Assembly (NCBI RefSeq): GCF_030265065.1
Contig: NC_080410.1
Location: 29,762,661 to 29,826,660 of the forward strand
Direction: 5' to 3'
DNA: 64,000 nucleotides
Origin: Corythoichthys intestinalis
Taxonomy: Eukaryota
Shown: in pieces, positions 50,690-63,329 of the stretch
Numbering within the stretch: position 1 is the stretch's first letter
Layout: each line of letters starts with the position of its first letter
The notes under the pieces: generated by a model
What the model was told of the DNA's origin: nothing
The model's input: the letters and a program-made list of their open reading frames with translations, nothing else
Databases searched by the model: none
Program-made: the position numbers and the translations under genes

Positions 50690-50995
50690 TAAAAGTGTCA
50701 TTAAAATGCTTCTATTTCAATATTTATTTATTTCTTTCAATATTTATTTCAAATTTTATTTATTTATTTCAATTTTTATTTATTTATTTCAATTTTTATT
50801 TATTTATTTCGATTTTTATTTATTTCAATTTTTATTTATTTCGATTTATATTTATTTATTTCAATTTATATTTATTTATTTCAATTTTCATTTATTTATT
50901 TCAATTTTTATTTATTTATTTCAACTTTTATTTATTTATTTATTTCGATTTTTATTTTTTTATTTCAACATTTATTCATTTCACTTTTTATTTAT
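50690..50995. repeat. AT-rich minisatellite, about 12 copies of a roughly 26-bp unit (tttatttatttcaatttttatttatt), 225-530 bp upstream of the ZNF exon-1 ATG
   Basis: Direct tandem periodicity visible in the sequence. ORFs 50695..51051 and 50706..51092 are artefacts of it. Confidence 0.85.
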
Positions 50996-52224
50996 TTCAT
51001 TCTTGCACTCTTGTTCCTCCGGAGAGAACAAGAGTGAGAGAACCTTATTGACAAAGGAAGCAGGTGGTTGCAATTACTGTTTTGTCCACTAAGTGGTAGC
51101 AAAAGAGTAATTTGCAGCTAGAATACGACAAAAAGTCACTTGTTTATTACTAATACCTACCACTTTGTCCCTATATGCCCAAAGTACCCCTTTTGACTGT
51201 TTTTATTTAATTTATTTATTTATTTTGCATATGTGTGTGCTGGCCTACTGTGCAGGCACGCCACTGAGTACTTTACTTGAACACCGAAAACACCTTTAAA
51301 AAAATAATTAATTAATAAATAAATAAAAGACGCTTTACACATTAGAGGTGTGCATCGGCACTGCCCTCACGATTCGATTCGTTTACGATTCGGAGGGCCA
51401 CGATTCGATTCGATTCAATTCAGAGGGTCACGATTCGATTCGGTTCGACTCGGCAATGCATCGCGATGCCTTAAAGCCTGGGACGCATTTAAATTCTAAA
51501 GCAAAGCATATTTTTCGTGAATCATGAGGCAACACAAGCGGTCAGACATTAAACAACTTTTTATTGGCTCTTGTGTCACTCCTGGTTGAAGTCAAATGAA
51601 AATACTTTCAGATATATATTTAAAAAAAACAACTGATCACAGCATTTAATTGGTGCTTTGAATGAGACCAGGGCTTTGTCTTTTTTTTTTTTTTTTTACA
51701 CACAGTAGCAGCCTTTCACACAGTGCAACATCTGAACTCCTGTGCAAAATCAGTAATAACAGTCACTGTATTTTAGTCACAGCGACCCATCAATAAAAAT
51801 ATTCAAGTAAATATTAAAGAAAACGACAAAGAAAATATTGTAGTGCAGCAGCATCTTTATCGCAATATTAATCCAGGGATCAGTTCAGTTGCAACAAAAC
51901 ATCAACTAAATTGCAATGTAGAACAAAAGTAAAATGTAGGCCTAACCCACTATATATGTGCAATCAACTTAGAAATGCAATCAGTAACTACCACATAACA
52001 ATAAAAAATAACGAATTAAAATGAAGTGCAGCATTTTAGCAGCCATAACAATCTGTTTCAACATGAGGAAATATCAGTTTTTTGCAATCGAGAGAGCAGA
52101 GAGATAGTAGAGGTTAGATCGGGCCTAAAAAATCCAGCCCGACCTGACACGGCCCGCTGGTATTGAAGCCCGACCCGGCGTGTCCTCCTGCTGAAGAAAG
52201 TACACGTCGAGGCCTGTCTGCGGT

Positions 52225-53310
52225 TCGCTAGACGCAGGGGTTTTCAACCCAGTCCTCAAGGCACACTGTGGGTCCTGGTTTTTGTTCCAGCCGATCCAGC
52301 AGAGACAGTTGAACCAATGAGGCTTCTGCTAAAACAAGCCACACCTGACTGCAATCAACTGATTGCACTTGTAAAACACCAGATTGGGGAAAAAGTGTTG
52401 TCATCTTGTTTGGTAAGAATGAAATCCTGCACCCACAGTGTGCCTTAGTGGAATAGGTTGGGAACCCCTGCGCTAGAGAGCATTTGGATGATCCAGAGGA
52501 GGACTGGGAGAATGTGTTATGGTCAGATGAAACCAAAATACTTTTTGGTAGAAACACAGGTTCTCTTGTTTGAAGGAAAAAGAATACTGAATTGCACCAT
52601 ACCCACTGTGAAGCATGGGGGTGGAAAAATTATGCTTTGGGGCTGTTTTTCTGCAAATGGATGACTGATCTGTGTAAAGGAAAGAATGAATGGGGCCATG
52701 TATCGAGAGATTTTGAGTGAAAATCTCCTTCCATCAGCAAGGGCATTGAAGATGAGATGTGGCTGGGTCTTTCAGCATGGCAATGATCCCAAACACACAG
52801 CCAGGGCAACAAAGGAGTGGCTTCGTAAGAAGCATTTCAAGGTCCTGGAGTGGCCTAGCCACTCTCTAGGTCTCAACCCCATAGAAAATCTGCGGAGGGA
52901 GTTGAAAGTCCATATTGCCCAACGGCAGCCCCAAAACATCACTGCTCTAGAGGAGATCTGTATGGAGGAATGGGCCAAAATACCAGCAACAGTGTGTGAA
53001 AAGCTTGTGAAGAGTTACAGTAAACATTTGGCCTCCGTTATTGCCAACAAAGGGTACATAACAAAGTATTGAGATGAACTTTTGGTATCGACCAAATACT
53101 TATTTTCACCCATGATTTGCAAATAAATTCTTTAAAAATCAAACAATGTGATTTTCTATTTTTTTTCACATTCTGTCTCTCATGGTTGAGATTTCCCCAT
53201 GTTGACAATTACGGGCCTCTCTAATATTTTCAAGTGAAAGAACTTGCACAATTAGTGGTTGACTAAATACTTATTTGCCCCACTGAAGCTAACATTGCTA
53301 CGTTCCTTAA
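52225..53310 (+). mobile_element. Tc1 family D, 3' half, with a roughly 230-bp palindromic insertion at 52228..52460
   Basis: Transposase C-terminus in ORFs 52458..52664 and 52686..53072 (...[72 protein letters not shown]...ANKGYITKY). 3' TIR ...cactgaagctaacattgctacgttcc at about 53283..53310. The inserted segment has inverted ends ggttttcaacccagtcctcaaggcacactgtgggtcc / ggacccacagtgtgccttagtggaataggttgggaacccc. Confidence 0.7.
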
Positions 53311-53465
53311 GTTATGATATTTGCCATTTATTTTATATTTGGTACATTAGAGTAATACAGTCAAACAGTAAATACGAGAAAAGATACTATTCCCTGGTTG
53401 ATTATATTAAGTGTTCAAGTAATACAAAAAGTCGAACGGTAAATACGAGAAAAGACACTATTACG

Positions 53466-53499
<34 letters not shown>

Positions 53500-55390
53500 C
53501 ACCATATTCCTTCATAATACACGGGCGCTTTTATTTCCAATACAAAAACTCACTCAGATTCAGATTCAGATTCAGAATATTTATTGTCATTGTTACAAAA
53601 AAAGCACAACGAAACTTTGTTTGGAGCATCCATCCAGCTCATACAGCTAAGTTGGTAAAGTGCAAAGTGCAAACCCATAAAATAAATACCCATCAGTACC
53701 AAGTGTAAACATTGACACAGTTTTGGACATATGTACAGCAAAGATTCAACAGCAGCATGAGGTCGTGTCAGTGCTAAAGTGCAGAGCAAAAATATACCAG
53801 TTGAAAACAGGCAAAAATCAGTGCAAAACCCAGATAAGTTAATCAAGTATAATCAAGTACAGCCTACTGGTTGTCAACCAATGGGTAAGTGTCAGGGAGG
53901 AGGAAATTGTGGACTGTAGTTCACTGTAGGTGAACTAGAATGCTGTCTTTGTAGTAGCCTAGTAGTAGTACGTAAGCTATTCACTATGCGTGTGTATTGC
54001 CATTGTGCACCCCTTGTGTGGAGAAAACGCGTGAGCATGACAAATTTGGACGGCTGTTTTTGGATCGGAAAAACAAAATGAGATCCTCAGCACCCCCTGC
54101 TGTGCGTGACTTCCAGCGCCCCCTGCTGATGATGATGAAGATGTTGATGGTGACAATGAAAAGTAGCAATGATAATGACGACAGTAATGATGACCAGATG
54201 ATGATGATGACGATGCTGACAATAAATAGTGTTAATTGTGCTTGTGCGGCGAACCTGCCGTAAGTCAGCGTGCAACCCGCCAACATCAAACTTAGCTGCG
54301 CTCTGCAAACATAGGCGGATCTACTATTCAGGCGAAGTAGGCCATCGCCTTAGGCACCCAACCAGTAGTGGGCCCACAACCAGCTGCCTTTGCCCCAACT
54401 AGCAAGGGCTTGGGCCACTGGAGCCGGCAGCACCCCCAACTATTCGTCATGTATAATTATGTCAACATACCAAACAAACAAATAACAAAACAAAAAGAAA
54501 GCCATTTGAATGCTGCATTTATATTATCTCTCCCCCACACACATGCACTACAATGGACTGTTCCACGACGACAAACTGAGTATCAGTCACTTAGCTTCAT
54601 TTAGCGCCGTTTAGCTTCGCTTAGCTCCGCTTAGCTGTTCGTTAGCTTCACTTGGCTTTCCCGCGTTTTTCACGCCACTAAGCTCGCTATTTTTACAGCT
54701 CATTTGCTACTTTGCACGTCTGCTATCGTTTATTTCGAACACATGAGCGAACATGCTCTCCATGAGAGCCAAAGTGCAGTGAGGGAGACATTGAGAACAG
54801 GCCGCTAATGCCTCTCAATTTTCTTCTTCACACCGAACATAAAATACATGACAGCACACCCTGTGGCGAAACAATGCAGTACAAGCAATGACGAAGAATG
54901 TTTTTTTACGGAGTGTAAAGCTTTCGGTTAGCGGTTTAGCGAACGTACCTCCGGTGAACATTTCAAAATAAAAGCACATCATGTTCGTCATATAAATAAC
55001 GATTTCCGGAGTTAATCCCACATATTTCAGAATTAATATTATAATATGTAGAGTAAATACTACAGAATACAGATTCTACACTAAGAATAGCTTTCAAATG
55101 ACGCTATGACAAATCTGATTGGTAATGAATAATTATTATAATTATTATACTACTATTATATATAGTCAGGGGTGAAAGTGGGCCAGAACGATCAGGAACG
55201 CAGTTCCGGTATAAGATTCAGGTCAGGAACGCTGTTCCGGTACAAGGTGCTTTGATTCCAAAAATTTGACGGCAACTGTAAAAACGCTATGTAAAAAAAA
55301 AATAAATAAATAAAAATGCTAAGCTGCCACACATGCATTTCATCTCCAAGAAGAAAACAATCTACCAACATAAGATTTACATACACAATA

Positions 55391-57365
55391 GTGACGAGAT
55401 TTGTCGTTCACTTGAGTAAACGAATCCATTCCGGTTCGTTCAGTAAAAAGATTCGTTCAAACAAATCGTTCAACGAATCGTTCGCCCCCCTCATCTCCCT
55501 CCCCGCCCAAACGAATCGTTCGGTTACTGAACGGGAAGTGACGTTGCCGAACGAATCACCAAAGACCGCTTCGCAGTATAACTGAACGGGAAGTGACATT
55601 GCTTGGTCCCTCCCTCTCTTCCACATTGACCACTCGTCGTAGTTTCAGAAATGAGTGACAGGCGGTATCATTCTGCTTTCACAGACAGCCTCGTCTCCCT
55701 CCTGCTGCTGCAAAAGCGAGGGAGAACTTCCGCGTCGTCTGTCCTAGTTCTATGGGCTCAAAGTCATGGCTCGTGCTTGCATTTCGATTTAGGACACGGT
55801 TAAACATTTTCCTTTTGTGAGGGGAGTAGGGGGCGGGGGCGCAAGGACTTTCTTTAGCTGGTTCTTGATCACACATACAATCACATATACAGCATGTTTG
55901 CTGTCACGAAACTAAAAATACATCGAAAGTTTAATTTCTGAATATGGAACGACCAACACATCATATTTACATCTCGCTCTGTTGTATTTTTGTTTTTTAG
56001 TATTAAGATGATCGTGTTGAATTTTTGCACTGGTATTAATAAATAATCCGGTCAGCTCCCCTGTCGTCCCCGCATCTCAGATCGTCAAATGCTGACGAGA
56101 AATAATTGTTTGCTCTTTACGATGTCGCCTTTCTACTCTCATTAGTCTGTTAAGAAAAATGTAGACATATTGCGACATCTCCCGTGTCCGCGTGCTTTGT
56201 TTTTGGGCGCTTGAGTAGCACATGATGGACGGATTGACATAATTTGTCAAACCAACCAACACCTGACACGAAAAAAAAAAAAAAACACTCGGAAAAAAAT
56301 TACATGTATATACAGTTTCATTGCAAATCAGTATTATGGTGATCATATTGTTTTTTTGCACTGGTATTAATAAATAAAATAATCCGGTCAGCTCCCCTGT
56401 CGTCCCCGCATCTCAGATCGTCAAATGCTGACGAGAAATAATTGTTAGCGCTTTACGATGTCGCCTTTCTACTCTCATTAGTCTGTTAAGAAAAATGTAG
56501 ACATATTGCGACATCTCCCGTGTCTGCGTGCGTTGTTTTGGGCGCTTGAGTAGCACATGATGGACGGATTGACATAATTTGTCAAACCAACCAACACCCG
56601 ACACGCTGACACGAAAAAAAAAATAAAACACTCGGGAAAAAATTGACATGTATATAGTTTCATTGCAAATCAGTATTATGGTGATCATACTAAATATTTT
56701 TTTCTGTGCACATATGAGGTAAATATCGCTGCCATGAAGCCTCCATATAGTGACAGTTCTCTGCCCGCTTCACTGCCGTCACGCGACCGCAGCTCAGCTT
56801 TTGCTTGCCTCGTAGCTACCCGTGTTTTAAATTACTGTAAATTTGATAGTATGTCGTCATAGGCAGTCACGAGTTTGTTGAGAAAAGTACTACTCTAAAC
56901 AATGCTCGCTAGATTTGTGTGGTGTTTTTGTCTGTTTGAGCAGCATTTGATAGGCTCCACGTTAACAATTATGTGACAAAGTCATTTCCTTTCATTTTCT
57001 GATTCGTTCACCTCATAGTCATTACTGGAAAATCAAGTTAGCAGCAAGCTAGGTCAGGAACCGGAGGACCGAGTCACTGAACGGGAAGTGACAAAACTCA
57101 GTCTTGCCCCCCTGCCTGCACGCTGGCTGCTTATTGGCCACACGTGGACGTGAGTGACAAACGCCCTGATTCTGTTTCCGCTCCCTCCCCTGCCCGCGAT
57201 GAGGCTGGCGTCTGATTGGTCGTGTGCGATGTCAGAAGACGCTGCCGCTTGCTCAACGCCCTCCCACGCAGCGAACAAGCACCACCTTCATAGAACGAAT
57301 CAGTGCAGATGATTAGTTCGGTCTCGTTCACCAAAACAATTCGTTCAAAAAGAACGAATCGTTCG
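55391..57365. mobile_element. About 2-kb non-autonomous TIR element (termini rich in the palindrome GAACGAATCGTTCG) nested inside copy B of the 1.15-kb repeat. Contains a 2 x 330-bp internal tandem duplication (56030..56690).
   Basis: Absent from copy A at the equivalent site (7845). The 5' end cgttcaacgaatcgttcgcc and 3' end gaacgaatcgttcgcgacc are inverted. Internal units 56030..56360 and 56370..56690 are about 95% identical. ORFs 56077..56361 and 56413..56688 are repeat-derived artefacts. Confidence 0.5.
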
Positions 57366-58123
57366 CGACCGATACAACACTAATACACAAGTGTTAATAA
57401 CAAGCATAATAAAGTGTTTGTGTTGCGTAATCCGTTTCCACCGATATTTATTATTTATTTTATTCCACGGACGGCATGGAGGTTTCCCCAGGTGCTGCAG
57501 TTATCTGAGTCTGACGATGATGAGTCACCCCAATGCACACAGCAAAGCAAAACGGACTCATTAATTTGTTCAAGTGGCTGACATACTGACATGTGATCAG
57601 CAAAGATAGTTAGCTCTGATTGGTTCAAATGTTTTCTGGAACAGCAAAAAAAAAAAGTTTGTTGAATTGATGCGGCCAAAAAGGGCAATGCAACAGAAAA
57701 TGGATCAAATCTTTAAGAGCAAGGAAAGAGTTGAGGAGGCCTATTTATCATATTTAGTTTTTTTTGCTCAGATGGGGAGGTTCAGAACATCTTAGCTGTC
57801 AATGTGCAGTTTGGACTTATATTTTTTAATTTATGTTAGGCTACTTATTCATTCCCTTATGATTTAAAAAGTCAATGTTTGCGCAATCTTCAAAATATAT
57901 TCCATTTCACTCAGCATAATACAAGTCATTTGTACTTATTTTTCTGAATGTACGTTACTTATATCTTTATTATTGAAAAAGGAAAGCACAAGTAAATGTT
58001 TACGTTAACTTCAATTTTGATATACACCCTATGTTCTTAAGTAGTTAAAATTTAGATTTGGCATTTAATATGTGAGGAAATGAGGGAAAATAAAAATTAG
58101 GAGATGGAGGTTGGGGTTATTGC

Positions 58124-59282
58124 TGTTTTTGTTTTAGCTCAGATAATGGAACAGTATGACATATCCTATCACGCCTATGCAGATGACACACAACTGTACA
58201 TTTCTGTGTCCCCACATGATTATAGTCCCTTAGTCTCCCTGAGTAAATGCATTCATCAAATCAATGAATGGATGTGTCAGAATTTTCTCCAGTTAAATGT
58301 GGAGAAGACAGGTGATCATTTTTGGGCCAAAAAAGGAAAGGTCAAAGATAAGCAGGCAACTTAGCACAATGTCACTTACAGCTACAAATCAAGTCAGAAA
58401 TCTTGGCGTAATTATTGACTCAGACCTAAAATTTGATAGCCACCTAAAGTCCGTCACTAAATCCGCTTATTACCACCTAAAAAATATAACCAGAATTATT
58501 GGGCAGCTGACTCAACAAGACATGGAAAAACGTATGCATGCATTCATTTTCAGCAGATTGGACTATTGCAACGGTATATTTACGGGTCTTGATAAAAAAT
58601 CAGTCAGGAAGCTGCAGCTAGTACAGAATGCTGCAGCCAGAGTCCTCGCAAATACAAGGAAGCTGGACCACATTACACCGGTTTTGAAATCGCTACACTG
58701 GCTTCCAGTGAGTCAAAGGATAGACTATAAAATACTACTGCTCGTCTACAAAACACTTAATGGCCTTGGACCAAAATACATGCTTGACTTGTTAGATTCC
58801 TATGAGACATCTAGATCCCTAAGGTCGTCTGGAACCGGTCTTCTGCATGTTCCAAGAACAAGAACCAAGCAAGGTGAGGCAGCATTTAGTTATTATGCTC
58901 CTCACCTCTGGAACAAGTTACCTGAACGTCTGAAGTATGCTCAAACTGTTAGCTCTTTTAAATCAGGGCTAAAAACGCTTTTGTTTAGCACTGCATATCC
59001 ATAACTGGCTATATATTTCAATCTACCTGCTTTCTATTCCTCTTGTGCTTATCTCCATTGTTGATTTCAATTTTTATTAGTAGTAGTAGTTTTTGTTTTA
59101 TTTTTTGTTTTATTTTTATTTATTTATTTTTATTCTATTTGTGATTAAATGCGATCTTTTGTCTTGGTTTTTACGTTGTATTGATTTAAATGTGATTTTT
59201 ATGATCTTCATGTGATGTAAAGCACTTTGAATTGCCTTGTGTTGAATTGTGCTATATAAATAAATTTGCCTTGCCTTTGCCT
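58124..59282 (+). mobile_element. L2-like LINE 3' fragment (RT C-terminal part plus 3' UTR), inserted into copy B of the 1.15-kb repeat family
   Basis: ORFs 58104..58364 and 58297..59004 contain YADDTQLYIS and downstream RT/thumb motifs (ISRQLSTMSLTATNQVRNLGVIIDSDLKFDSHL). Insertion boundaries are defined by comparison with uninterrupted copy A (about 8530/8580). Confidence 0.75.
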
Positions 59283-60928
59283 TACAAATCATTGAAAAAA
59301 TAAAATTTTGAATGAAAATCAGTTTTTCTATGTGTTATAGAAATAACTGTGCCAAAACAGTTTTATTTGCATTTCAGTAGTTTTAGGAGGTTAGGGTAAA
59401 ATGAAAAAATAAACAAAATTTCTGGCTTCGTGGCGATCTTCACGTCGGGGAGTTCCGGCAAGAAATTCTAGCCACTTTCACTCCTGTATATAGTAGTATA
59501 CTATAATGATAATGCTAGATTTTTTTTTTTTTTTTCAAGAATTGTTTTGAATAATGTTGGAAAGGCAAAGTCAGTGTTCTGAATGTTTACTTTCCATTCT
59601 TTTGCACTAGTAAATGCTATCAGCATTTAACCTAATTGTTTATTTGTGATTAATTATTGTTATTTTCATGATTATTTGTATTTTAATAAAGAATTTAAGT
59701 GTTCCAAAATAGTTTTGTGAATTAACAAAAATTTCATTGCTAAATTAGTGAAAAAAAAAAGAAAATTATTAGATTAGTCGACTAATCGTAAAACTAGTCG
59801 GCTGACTAATCAGGAGAAAATTTGTCGTTTAGGACAGCCCTAGTGTACCGGAACATATTTCCTCCACACCCTTCTCACCATTTTAACCCCTGACCCATGA
59901 AGAGGGCCCCTGGATATGATCGCCTTAGGCCCCAAAATTGCCAAATCTGCCACTGTCTGCAAAGTTGGCGTTTCTGCACTCCGCTCACAAATAAAACAAC
60001 ATCATTACAATGACATTCACTAACAAACCAAAGAACAAGGTGGACAAACTGAAACGTGGTTGACACCCTTTTATTTTGAAAGGTAAAACCCAAGCAGACT
60101 GTCACGGAATGGGAAGAGTCTCACGCACACGCACACCCCTCCCTTGCAGTGGTTGCAGTGAAGCTGCAGCAGCCTTCATCATCATCATCACTACTCCGAA
60201 CTCACCATCATCACACACGAAGAAGAATGCTCATTATCATCACCATGAACGATAACTGCTATTGATCATCTTTTATTTTTTTAATACGTCGCCAGATTGT
60301 GGCCTTTTGTTCTTCTGCTGGCAAAAAACAAACAATGAAAACGCTGCAGCGTCCTTTTTGTTAGACCAGGTAAGAAGTACCGCGTCCGTCTCATGTCAAG
60401 TCTGTGCGTGCTTGTGTAGAATTGCAGACTGAAATCGTGCCTTACCGATAAATCAAGTTATAACGTGAGGTTTGCTTAATAGCTTTATATCTTGATGGCT
60501 GACCAAAATGAAAAAGGAAGTGGTGCAGTTGGTGGTGACCTCACAATTGGGCAGGGAGCTTGTTTTAAATCGTAGGTTGCCACTGACGCTGAGGGACGTC
60601 CAATCCGATCGAACGATTGTTGCCAGCCCCTCCCAGTCTAAATGGATCGGACGTCCCTCGCCGTCAATGGCACTGAATGAGTTAATTTATGAAATAACAT
60701 TAAAATGAATGGAACTGGAGGGAGGTTGTTAATTTGTTTTCTTAGTTTGAGTGTCATGAGCGGTATTATACCAAAGTTACTGCATGGTCAATTTAAAAAC
60801 AGTTCATTTTTAGAGCAACTCAGCTTCGTCTATCACACCAATGAAAAATGGAAGTTTTTTTTTTTTTTTTTTTTTTTTTTCCAGCAGCGGACTTTTTTGT
60901 ATCTGCGTTGCCCAGCCCCTCCAGCAGC

Positions 60929-61028
60929 ATGGACGAATCGCAGCTTCCGGGAGGCCCGGATGACAAAGGCCACGCGGCAGTACCACAAGACTTGACCACG
61001 GACCACCTGGCAGTGGGCGGTGAGACCG
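60929..61028 (+). CDS. PRRT2/TRARG1(TUSC5)-like CD225/dispanin family gene, coding exon 1 (ATG 60929; donor ACC G|gtaggt)
   Basis: MDESQLPGGPDDKGHAAVPQDLTTDHLAVGGET(G). Phase-1 donor matches the following exon. Preceded by a T26 tract in the 5' UTR. Confidence 0.5.
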
Positions 61029-61100
61029 GTAGGTAGATCCCGCCCACTGGACACTTGGCATAATCCAATAAGAAATGGATGGTCTGATCTGCGCCCCCAG

Positions 61101-61354
61101 GTAACGGTCCCGCCCCGTCCAGCCCGTCCAAAGGGGGTCACGCCAACGGGCGGCCTCGTTCGCGTTCCAACTCTCCAAGGCCTTCACTCAACTCCCCGCG
61201 ACCGTCAATCGGCCGCCGCCCCAGTGCCGTCGTAGAGGGTACGGAGGGCCCCACCGGTGAGTCGAAACCTCGAGACTTCCTGATGTTGGCCATCCTGTCC
61301 TGCTTCTGCCCACTGTGGCCCATCAACATCGTGGCCCTCACCTTCTCCGTCATG
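61101..61354 (+). CDS. PRRT2/TRARG1-like CD225 family gene, coding exon 2 (Pro/Ser-rich linker plus first half of the CD225 domain; donor ATG|gtaggt)
   Basis: (G)[84 protein letters not shown]. The tail closely matches human PRRT2 [30 protein letters not shown]. The remaining exon(s) were not located within the window. Confidence 0.55.
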
Positions 61355-62295
61355 GTAGGTGGTAGCAAGCTATTGCTAGCCATACTTCTGATTTTGCGTA
61401 TTTGAAGAACAACAGACCGAGTGTACATTTCGATTTCATGACGATACGATATCGATTATTTGGATAACAACACGTTATTTGCCGATACAGTGATCCCACG
61501 CTACTTCACACTTCAAACTTTGCGCCCTCAGTCCATCGCAGATATTTTTTCAATTAAAAATACAATATATATACTAGTCCTTCTAAAAAAAATTAGCATA
61601 TTGTGATAAAGTTCATTATTTCCTGTAATGTACTGATAAACATTAGACTCATATTTTAGATTCATTACACACAACTGAAGTAGTTCAAGCCTTTTATTGT
61701 TTTAATATTGATGATTTTGGCAAAAAAGTCAAGAAAAACCAAAAATCCCTATCTAAAAAAATTAGCATATCATGAAAAGGTACTCTAAAGCAAGGGAGTA
61801 TGTTTGGTCTTAATATTGGTAGTTACGATATCACAGTATAACCTGCATGTACATTTTGTTGCTGGGGACGGGACATTAATAAGACCAAACATATTTGGTG
61901 AATGGGGGGTCAGGGCTACATTTCTCACCAATATGAACCTAATTAATTGATAGACTAAATTATTAATGCAAAATAAATCTGTATTGACCTATACTAACTT
62001 CAACTAACAAACTGCAAATTTATAACATTTTAATCTGATATTTTTGGTTAAATCTAGTCAAATAATTTTCTCCATCTTTTTTTGAGTGTGAAAGGCTAGT
62101 TAACAGATTAATGCGTTGGATTGTTCCACTTACTTTAAGTAAACATTTCTATTTGTTCATATTAAGCCCATACATCTAAAAGTTGGTCATTTTTCACCTA
62201 AATCAAGAAAAACATTTTTTAAATAATGTTTTGAACAATATTCTTGAATTAAGAACATTTCTGATGAACAAGTTTTTCTTTTAAGGTTAAATATT

Positions 62296-62942
62296 AGGGC
62301 TGTCAAAATTATCGCGTTAACGGGCGGTAATTAATTTTTTTAATTAATCACGTTAAAATATTTGACGCAATTAACGCACTAGCCCCGCTCAGACAGATTT
62401 AAATGTCAGTATAGTGAAAGGCCAACTTGTTAATTGTGTTTTATGGAGTTTTTCCGCCCTCTGCTGGCGCTCGGGTGCGACTGCTTTTATTGGCTTCAGC
62501 ATCCATTACCATTGTGTAAGTAGTTATTGACATCAACAATGGCGGGCTACTAGTTTATTTTTGGATTGAAAATTTTACAAATTTTATTAAAACGAAAACA
62601 TTGAGAGGGGTTTTAATATAAAATTTCTATAACTATACGTACTATACTATACTATACTAATATTCATCTTTAACAACTACAAGTCTTTCTATCCATGGAT
62701 CACTTTAACAGAATGTTAATAATGTTATTGCCATCTTGTTGATTTATTGTAAACAAATACAGTACTTGTGTACCGTATGTTGAATGTATATATCCATCTT
62801 GTGTCTTATCTTTCCATTCCAACAATAATATACTGAAAAATATGGCATATTTTATAGATGGTTTGAATTGCGATTAATTGCGATTAATTAATTTTTAAGC
62901 TGTAATTAACTCGATTAAAAATTTTAATCGTTTGACAGCCCT
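62296..62942 (-). mobile_element. MITE family 1, copy 3 (reverse orientation), downstream of the PRRT2-like exons
   Basis: Reverse complement of copy 2 almost base for base (gggctgtcaaaattatcgcgttaacgggcggtaatta ... gattaaaaattttaatcgtttgacagccc). Confidence 0.75.
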
Positions 62943-63203
62943 ATTAAATATACAATTTTTTTGCTTAAAATAAGTCTGTTAAGCTTATTTTCAGCTAGCT
63001 GTTTTTCTCATTTCAAGAAATCTAAGTGAGTAAAATCAACTTGAAGCACTGTAACAGTAGCAAAATTAGTGGAGTGTCCCCCACCTCCACAACATTGATG
63101 TCTTTTTACATTTTACATTACTTACAGTGGCTGCTGCTGGCGGAAAAAAACTTCTAATATCCCTCGTCTTTGAAGGGGGCGGGGGAAGCGGCATCTGTCA
63201 GGC

Positions 63204-63236
63204 TGTGAATGCGTGTGTGTGTGTGTGTGTGTGTGT
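63204..63236. repeat. (GT)n microsatellite, about 16 repeats
   Basis: Direct observation. Confidence 0.95.
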
Positions 63237-63329
63237 GGGTTCAAGTCATCAGCCAATCAAACATGTGTTTAAGGGAAAAAATGGACTGGCACATTCAGTG
63301 AGTGAAAAGGGGTCAGTGTAAGTCTGAAC

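Larger units (their letters stand above)
55170..59480 (+). repeat. Same 1.15-kb element, copy B, split into three pieces by two nested insertions (the TIR element 55391..57365 and the LINE fragment 58124..59282)
   Basis: See copy A. Piece boundaries are set by alignment to copy A. Confidence 0.7.

Noticed and set aside
50695-51092. ORFs 50695..51051 and 50706..51092 encoding Phe/Ile/Tyr/Leu-rich peptides
   Set aside because: Translation of the 26-bp AT-rich minisatellite. Periodic and low complexity, not a gene.
60810-61428. Minus-strand ORFs 60810..61187, 60820..61131, 60833..61141 and 61138..61428
   Set aside because: Antisense or out-of-frame to the PRRT2-like exons, in GC- and Pro-rich sequence that is poor in stops. 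No homology.
63127-63321. ORF AAAGGKKLLISLVFEGGGGSGICQAVNA... after a ttacag acceptor, as a possible next exon of the PRRT2-like gene (loose resemblance to KLLSIVALVGG)
   Set aside because: The frame is incompatible with the phase-0 donor at 61354, and it runs into a (GT)n microsatellite. The similarity is too weak.
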